This document shows, one piece after another, positions 26,674 through 32,000 of a DNA stretch of 32,000 nucleotides. The notes beneath the pieces were generated by a model. That model had not been told where the DNA came from, did not search any database, and saw only the letters and a program-made list of their open reading frames with translations. The stretch spans positions 2,760,001 through 2,792,000 of the forward strand of contig NC_017459.1 in NCBI RefSeq assembly GCF_000237865.1, in the 5' to 3' direction. How positions within the stretch are numbered: the stretch's first letter is position 1; every line of letters starts with the position of its first letter. The stretch comes from Haloquadratum walsbyi C23 (GTDB lineage Archaea; Halobacteriota; Halobacteria; Halobacteriales; Haloferacaceae). Made by a program: the position numbers and the translations under genes.

Positions 26674-28101
26674 TTATTCTGCGGCGATCTCTGCTGTTTC
26701 CCCAGCGCTTTCTTCGCGATAATATTTCTCAATGAGATCTTCATCAACCCGATTGAGTTCGTCTTTCGGAAGCATCGATAGCAGATCCCATCCAATCTCA
26801 AGTGTTTCATTAATTGATCGATTGACTTCAAATCCTTGATCAATAAATTCGGTCTCAAACCGATCAGCAAAGTCGAGATACTTATTATCTCGGTCCGAGA
26901 GTGCCTCACGCCCAACAATATTCACCAGATCACGAAGGTCTTCACCCTCAGCGTATGCAGCATACATCTGATCAGAGACATCCGCGTGATCCTCACGGGT
27001 TAACCCCTCACCAATTCCATCGTCCATTAACCGTGACAGACTTGGAAGGACATTAACAGGTGGTTGAACTCCTTGACTGTTCAGATCACGGTCAACATAG
27101 ATCTGTCCCTCTGTAATGTATCCAGTCAGATCCGGGATCGGATGGGTATCATCATCTCCTGGCATCGTGAGAATTGGGATCTGTGTTACAGACCCTTCGC
27201 GTCCTTCAATACGTCCAGCGCGCTCATATAGTGTTGCCAGATCAGTATACATATATCCGGGATATCCACGTCGTCCAGGAACTTCCTCGCGCGCAGCACC
27301 GATTTCACGAAGAGCCTCACAGTAATTCGTCATATCAGTCAGAATAACAAGCACATGATAGTCTTTCTCAAATGCAAGATACTCTGCAGTTGTCAAGACC
27401 ATCCGGGGAGTGACAGTCCGTTCAACAGCTGGGTCATCTGCAAGATTCATAAACACAACTGAGCGTTCAAGCGCACCGGTGCGCTCGAAGTCCTCCATGA
27501 ACTCGTTTGCTTCTTCTGCAGTAATTCCCATTGCCCCAAAGATCACAGCAAATTCTGAACCATCATCTTCGTTATCGTCTGCATTCTCTTCCTCAGGCAC
27601 TGTTGCCTGTCGGGCAATCTGTAGTGCCAATTCATTATGTGGTAATCCCGACCCAGAGAAGATCGGTAATTTTTGCCCACGAACGAGTGTGTTCATACCA
27701 TCAACGGCAGCAACACCCGTTTGAATAAACTCTTCGGGATACTCTCGAGCATATGGATTGATTGCAGCACCGACAATCTCTCGACGTTCATCAGCAAGGA
27801 TCTCCGGACCACCATCAATTGGTTGTCCTGACCCATCGAGCACTCGACCCAACAGGTCCTCGGTGACTTTCATCTTGAGCGTCTCACCAGAGAAACGCAC
27901 CGACGCATTCGTATCAATCCCTGATGTCCCCTCAAAAACCTGAATAGCAACAAGCCCATCCTCAGACTCAAGTACCTGTCCTCGCTTGATATCACCATTT
28001 GGCGTCTCAATCTCAACAATCTCGTCATAGCCAATTGGCTCATCGACTTCAGCGTATATTAGCGGACCACTAATCTCAGTGACGGTTTGATATTCTTTCA
28101 T
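26674..28101 (-). CDS. atpB: A-type ATP synthase subunit B
   Basis: Track ORF 26674..28182 trimmed to ATG 28101 ([19 protein letters not shown]), 1 nt after the atpA stop. Full-length subunit B similarity. Confidence 0.95.
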   Translation of the reverse strand: MKEYQTVTEISGPLIYAEVDEPIGYDEIVEIETPNGDIKRGQVLESEDGLVAIQVFEGTSGIDTNASVRFSGETLKMKVTEDLLGRVLDGSGQPIDGGPEILADERREIVGAAINPYAREYPEEFIQTGVAAVDGMNTLVRGQKLPIFSGSGLPHNELALQIARQATVPEEENADDNEDDGSEFAVIFGAMGITAEEANEFMEDFERTGALERSVVFMNLADDPAVERTVTPRMVLTTAEYLAFEKDYHVLVILTDMTNYCEALREIGAAREEVPGRRGYPGYMYTDLATLYERAGRIEGREGSVTQIPILTMPGDDDTHPIPDLTGYITEGQIYVDRDLNSQGVQPPVNVLPSLSRLMDDGIGEGLTREDHADVSDQMYAAYAEGEDLRDLVNIVGREALSDRDNKYLDFADRFETEFIDQGFEVNRSINETLEIGWDLLSMLPKDELNRVDEDLIEKYYREESAGETAEIAAE

Positions 28102-28102
28102 C

Positions 28103-29860
28103 TCAGTAAAGCTCCTGTAATTGTGTGGCGATGTCTTCTTTGAGTGTCGCGATGTATTCCTCGTAATCATCTTGGACACCAATCCGATTTAATCGCGGTG
28201 CTGCGTCGATGCTAATGATCTCATCAACCGGCACCCCAGCATCAAGTGCCTCGAATGCCTCATCGTTGAATTGATGGATTGCTGTCACGGTAAGATATGT
28301 CTTCTCTGGAGAGCAGTATGTATCAACTGGATGGAAGGCATTCTGTTGAAGATATGATTCGCGCAGATACCGTGCGACCTCAAGTGTCAGTTGCTGGTCG
28401 TCTGGTAATGCATCTTTCCCGACAAGTTGAACAATTTCCTGTAGTTCACTTTCCTCATCAAGTACGTCTACAGCCCACTGTCGCTCCTCCGGCCAGTCAT
28501 CCTCAACGTTCTCTTGGAACCACGGGTCAAGTTGTTCCTTATACAATGAGTATGATTCATCCCAATTAATTGATGGGAAATGCCGACGTTCAGCAAGGTC
28601 AGCATCCAGTGCCCAGAATGTCTTGACAATTCGAAGTGTATTCTGTGTGACTGGCTCTGAGAAGTCCCCTCCGGGTGGAGACACAGCACCGATTGCTGAA
28701 ACCGATCCCTCGGTCCCATTGACGTTCTTGAAATAGCCCGCTCGCTCATAAAACTGCGCTAATCGTGCAGCAAGATATGCAGGATATCCCTCTTCACCAG
28801 GCATTTCCTCAAGTCGCGAGGAGATCTCACGCATTGCTTCAGCCCACCGTGATGTGGAATCAGCCATCAACGCAACATCGTACCCCATGTCACGGTAGAA
28901 CTCTGCGATTGTTATTCCTGTGTATACACAAGATTCACGCGCAGCGACCGGCATATTCGAGGTGTTTGCAATGAGCGATGTTCGTGCCATAAGCGGATTC
29001 CCAGTCGATGGATCCTCAAGCTCGGGGAAATCATCGATGACTTCTGTCATCTCATTTCCGCGCTCGCCACATCCAACATAAATGATGATATCCGCATCGG
29101 CATACTTCGCCAGTTGATGTTGTGTGACTGTTTTTCCAGATCCAAACGGTCCTGGGATTGCTGCTGTTCCACCCTTTGCGATTGGGAATAATCCATCAAG
29201 AATCCGCTGTCCAGAGACGAGCGGCTCGCGCGGTGTTTTCTTCTCAACGGTCGGTCGAGGCTCTCGGACTGGCCACTCTTGTCGCATCTGGACCGATTCA
29301 CCACTCGAAAGCTCAACAACGGTCTCCTCAACGGTGAATTCACCAGACTTGACAGTAGTTACCTCACCACCCTCATAATCTGGCGGGAGGAGTACTTTGT
29401 GGTCAATCGTTACTGTCTCTTCGACAATACCAACTTCATCGCCGGATTCGACAGTATCTCCTTCGCTAACAGTTGGTTCAAATTCCCATTCGGTATCAAG
29501 TTCGATTCCTGGAGCATCGACACCTCGGTCAAGATAAGGACTTCCCATCTTATCCTCAAGAATGTCAAGTGGGCGTTGAACGCCATCATAAATCGTGTCA
29601 AGTAATCCCGGACCGAGGTCAACACTGAGTGGCTCACCCGTGTTTCTGACTGGCTCGTCGGGACCGATTCCAGACGTCTCTTCATATACTTGTACTGTTG
29701 TGACATTATCTTCAATCTCGATGACCTCGCCCATGAGTCCCTCATCACCTACATAGACAACATCGTTCATTCGGGCATCGAGTCCACGTGCGGTCACGAC
29801 AGGACCGCTGACACTTCTGATAACGCCATCCTCACGAACTGCTTGTTCTGTCTGGCTCAT
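28103..29860 (-). CDS. atpA: A-type ATP synthase subunit A (catalytic)
   Basis: 585-aa ORF with Walker A GPFGSGKT. No intein insertion; the length is normal. Confidence 0.96.
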   Translation of the reverse strand: MSQTEQAVREDGVIRSVSGPVVTARGLDARMNDVVYVGDEGLMGEVIEIEDNVTTVQVYEETSGIGPDEPVRNTGEPLSVDLGPGLLDTIYDGVQRPLDILEDKMGSPYLDRGVDAPGIELDTEWEFEPTVSEGDTVESGDEVGIVEETVTIDHKVLLPPDYEGGEVTTVKSGEFTVEETVVELSSGESVQMRQEWPVREPRPTVEKKTPREPLVSGQRILDGLFPIAKGGTAAIPGPFGSGKTVTQHQLAKYADADIIIYVGCGERGNEMTEVIDDFPELEDPSTGNPLMARTSLIANTSNMPVAARESCVYTGITIAEFYRDMGYDVALMADSTSRWAEAMREISSRLEEMPGEEGYPAYLAARLAQFYERAGYFKNVNGTEGSVSAIGAVSPPGGDFSEPVTQNTLRIVKTFWALDADLAERRHFPSINWDESYSLYKEQLDPWFQENVEDDWPEERQWAVDVLDEESELQEIVQLVGKDALPDDQQLTLEVARYLRESYLQQNAFHPVDTYCSPEKTYLTVTAIHQFNDEAFEALDAGVPVDEIISIDAAPRLNRIGVQDDYEEYIATLKEDIATQLQELY

Positions 29861-29883
29861 AAGATAAATTATGTTGAATTACG

Positions 29884-30213
29884 TTATGATTCGTCTTCTT
29901 CCATCAGGTCAATTCCAATGGCTCGTTTGATTTGATCACGAAGGCCGCCAGCACCTGCTCCACCGCCAAGAGTCACAAGCGTCGGTTCGATGCTTGTTTC
30001 GACATCTTCGCGGACGGTGCGAGACAGATGTTCAAGATCATCATTATGCATCACAATGATTCCAACATCATCATCACCGAGTGCCGACCTCACGGCCTGA
30101 TCAAGCTGTTCATCTTTGTTTTCGTCTGGGACAGTTTCGAACTTTCGGACCCCGGCAAGTCGAAACCCTGTTGTGAACTCTGGACTGCCGACGACTGCAA
30201 TCTCCTGGCTCAT
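29884..30213 (-). CDS. atpF: A-type ATP synthase subunit F
   Basis: 109-aa ORF (IAVVGSPEFTTGFRLAGV...), positioned between atpC and atpA. Confidence 0.9.
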   Translation of the reverse strand: MSQEIAVVGSPEFTTGFRLAGVRKFETVPDENKDEQLDQAVRSALGDDDVGIIVMHNDDLEHLSRTVREDVETSIEPTLVTLGGGAGAGGLRDQIKRAIGIDLMEEDES

Positions 30214-30215
30214 CG

Positions 30216-31259
30216 CTACATGAACTCCTTCTTAATCTCATCGTCACTTAACCCTGCTTCACGTCCGCGGGCAATTGCACGAATGTTATCGACCTCTCGC
30301 TCTTTGGCAAGAATATATGATATAACAGGGGTAACCGATAATGGATGTACTGTTCCGAGCGTATCGGAGTATTCTAACAAGGCATTATCAAGTGCGCGTT
30401 CGAACTGAATAAGGCTGTCTGCGGTCTCAATTTGATTGAGTGCCTCAGAAAGGTCATCACCGTAGCGAGACTCACGAATTGCTTCGATAAGCTCATTTCG
30501 ATTCTGTGCGAATGTCGCAAGCTCAGTCGCAGTGAACAGTGATCCGCCATCGATGTAGTACGCTCCAGGGTCTATATCTGCACCGCTTTGTGCGAGCCTG
30601 AACGCATTTTGGGCGTTTCGAAAGTCAATTTCAGCTTCAAGGAATTCTCGGTATTGCGCTGTTGCCTCATCAACTGTGAGGTCAGCAAGTAACTGTTCGT
30701 AGTATGTTCGATCGACAGCATTCTCAAGCGGTATGAGCACTCCACTCTCATCATAATCGTCATACGCCGACTCAAGTTCCGATCCATAGATTGTTCCTGC
30801 TGCTGATAACCGCTCGACGGCTTCCTCAATACTTCCAGCGTCAAGGAGAGTATCAAGAAGTTCATCACTAAACTCACCAGCTCGGATTAAATCATCATTG
30901 ACAGTATCTGACTCCGTTCCTGAGTAGATCCCACGGATAACCGTCTTGACATTCCACGCGTCAAACTTCCTCAAATACCGTGCAATAAGATCATACAGGC
31001 GACCATTTGCCCACCGGAGTAAATCATCAAACTGTCTTGCGAGGTTTTGATTTAGCGCGTACTCGATAAGATCGACACCGGAATATCGAGACCCAAGCGC
31101 ATTGATTTCCCGTTCATAATCGGACTCTTCCATCAGACGTGCAATTTCTGCTGGCGTCATCCGAACCAATTTCCGGTACTCCTCATCGTCATATAATGCG
31201 CTTTCTCGTGCTTTGACCCGTGCTGTCACGTACTCCGGATTAGAACCTGATACACTCAT
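30216..31259 (-). CDS. atpC: A-type ATP synthase subunit C
   Basis: 347-aa ORF (NPEYVTARVKARESALYDDEEY...). Its start overlaps the atpE stop by 4 nt. Confidence 0.9.
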   Translation of the reverse strand: MSVSGSNPEYVTARVKARESALYDDEEYRKLVRMTPAEIARLMEESDYEREINALGSRYSGVDLIEYALNQNLARQFDDLLRWANGRLYDLIARYLRKFDAWNVKTVIRGIYSGTESDTVNDDLIRAGEFSDELLDTLLDAGSIEEAVERLSAAGTIYGSELESAYDDYDESGVLIPLENAVDRTYYEQLLADLTVDEATAQYREFLEAEIDFRNAQNAFRLAQSGADIDPGAYYIDGGSLFTATELATFAQNRNELIEAIRESRYGDDLSEALNQIETADSLIQFERALDNALLEYSDTLGTVHPLSVTPVISYILAKEREVDNIRAIARGREAGLSDDEIKKEFM

Positions 31260-31837
31260 TGATCAAATAGTTGTTCGCTGACATCTCCGAGTGTTTCCTC
31301 CCAGACAGCATCGAGAATTGAATCGAATGTGTTATTCACTCGAACGCGAGATTGCTGTCCCTCAGCAACAACCCCCCCAAGACAGTCGTACTCACCGGCA
31401 TACTCCGCTTTTTCGTGCTCCTCCAGCAGTGAATTAAGCAGATCAGCATCATCAGCGCGAGCGTAAAGCTTGACTGTCTCATCATCATCGAATTCGGTGA
31501 TTGCTGCGGTTACTAATGGTTTGGTTAATTCCTCTCGTTTTGCGTTCGATAGCGATGCGAGTTCATCCTCAACACGATTAAGAACATCATCAAGAACATC
31601 ACGCCGTGCTTCTAAGCGGTTTTGTTTTGCCTCAAGATTTGCACTTGAGAGTGCTTGCTCACGCTCGCGCTCAATTTGCTCTTCGACCTCATCTTTTCGC
31701 TCTTCAAGGATATCCTCTGCATCAGCTTCTGCTTCTTCAATGATTTTCTCTGCGCGTTCATCTGCGTCTGCTTGAATTTCGCTGGCGCGCGCTTGCGCTT
31801 CGTCTCGAATGTCTTCGACGACAGTGTCCAAACTCAT
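31256..31837 (-). CDS. atpE: A-type ATP synthase subunit E
   Basis: Track ORF 31256..31849 (TTG) trimmed to ATG 31837. It is a coiled-coil, E/R/A-rich protein typical of the peripheral-stalk subunit E. Confidence 0.88.
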   Translation of the reverse strand: MSLDTVVEDIRDEAQARASEIQADADERAEKIIEEAEADAEDILEERKDEVEEQIEREREQALSSANLEAKQNRLEARRDVLDDVLNRVEDELASLSNAKREELTKPLVTAAITEFDDDETVKLYARADDADLLNSLLEEHEKAEYAGEYDCLGGVVAEGQQSRVRVNNTFDSILDAVWEETLGDVSEQLFDQ

Positions 31838-31858
31838 TGATAAAACCAACGAGAGGTA

Positions 31859-32000
31859 TTATATCAGGAAGAACCCGACAAGTGCGAGAATGAGAATCGT
31901 CTCTGGAAGGACGGTGAGAATAAGTCCGTTAACAAAGAGACTGTCATCCTCTGCGATAGCGCCCATCGCAGCGGCGCCAATCCCACGCTCTGCATAACCT
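31859..32000 (-). CDS. atpK: A-type ATP synthase subunit K (proteolipid c), C-terminal part only; the 5' end lies beyond the window
   Basis: Hand translation of the reverse strand gives ...GYAERGIGAAAMGAIAEDDSLFVNGLILTVLPETILILALVGFFLI* with the stop at 31859-31861. Conserved PET motif present. Confidence 0.8.
   Translation of the reverse strand, partial: GYAERGIGAAAMGAIAEDDSLFVNGLILTVLPETILILALVGFFLI

Noticed and set aside
26457-26918. 153-aa - strand ORF overlapping the end of atpB and the atpB-atpD spacer
   Set aside because: It is out of frame with atpB, runs through AT-rich intergenic DNA, and gives a basic, Ile/Asn/Lys-rich translation.
28103-29860. Possible intein in atpA, as found in some archaeal A/V-ATPase catalytic subunits
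   Set aside because: The protein is 585 aa and is contiguous through the P-loop region. There is no insertion.

Overview
Everything here is hand analysis of the sequence and ORF track; no database search was run. The window looks like a haloarchaeal chromosome segment. The proteins are strongly acidic and the backbone is unusually AT-rich (about 42-48% GC in stretches I counted), a combination typical of Haloquadratum-like genomes (inference). Most of it is housekeeping. On the + strand: nadA-nadB-nadC, pyrF, a glutaredoxin, tRNA-Val(CAC), argS and aRF1. On the - strand: an NCS2/AzgA purine permease, an HTH+PRT regulator-like gene next to pyrE, CDP-archaeol synthase, ilvE, ribB with an HTH-fused CTP-dependent riboflavin kinase, and the A-type ATP synthase cluster atpK(partial)-E-C-F-A-B plus atpD. 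The accessory content falls into three groups. (1) A GC-richer island of about 4 kb starts right after tRNA-Val. Its one long intact gene (6194/6200-8473) fuses an N-terminal PLD/HKD nuclease-like domain, a ~125-aa polyacidic linker and a C-terminal SF3/D5-like P-loop NTPase. This is my best candidate for an undescribed defence or mobile-element replication module. (2) There are several decayed insertion-sequence scars: a truncated DDE transposase, an internally deleted IS1341/TnpB-type mini-element that keeps its ends, and related repeat copies at 9033-9140, 18051-18155 and 24917-24981. (3) A clean 255-bp MITE lies at 25348-25602, with 11-bp perfect terminal inverted repeats (CTGTCTCTTAC) and a 10-bp target-site duplication. 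I saw no CRISPR array, rRNA or intein.
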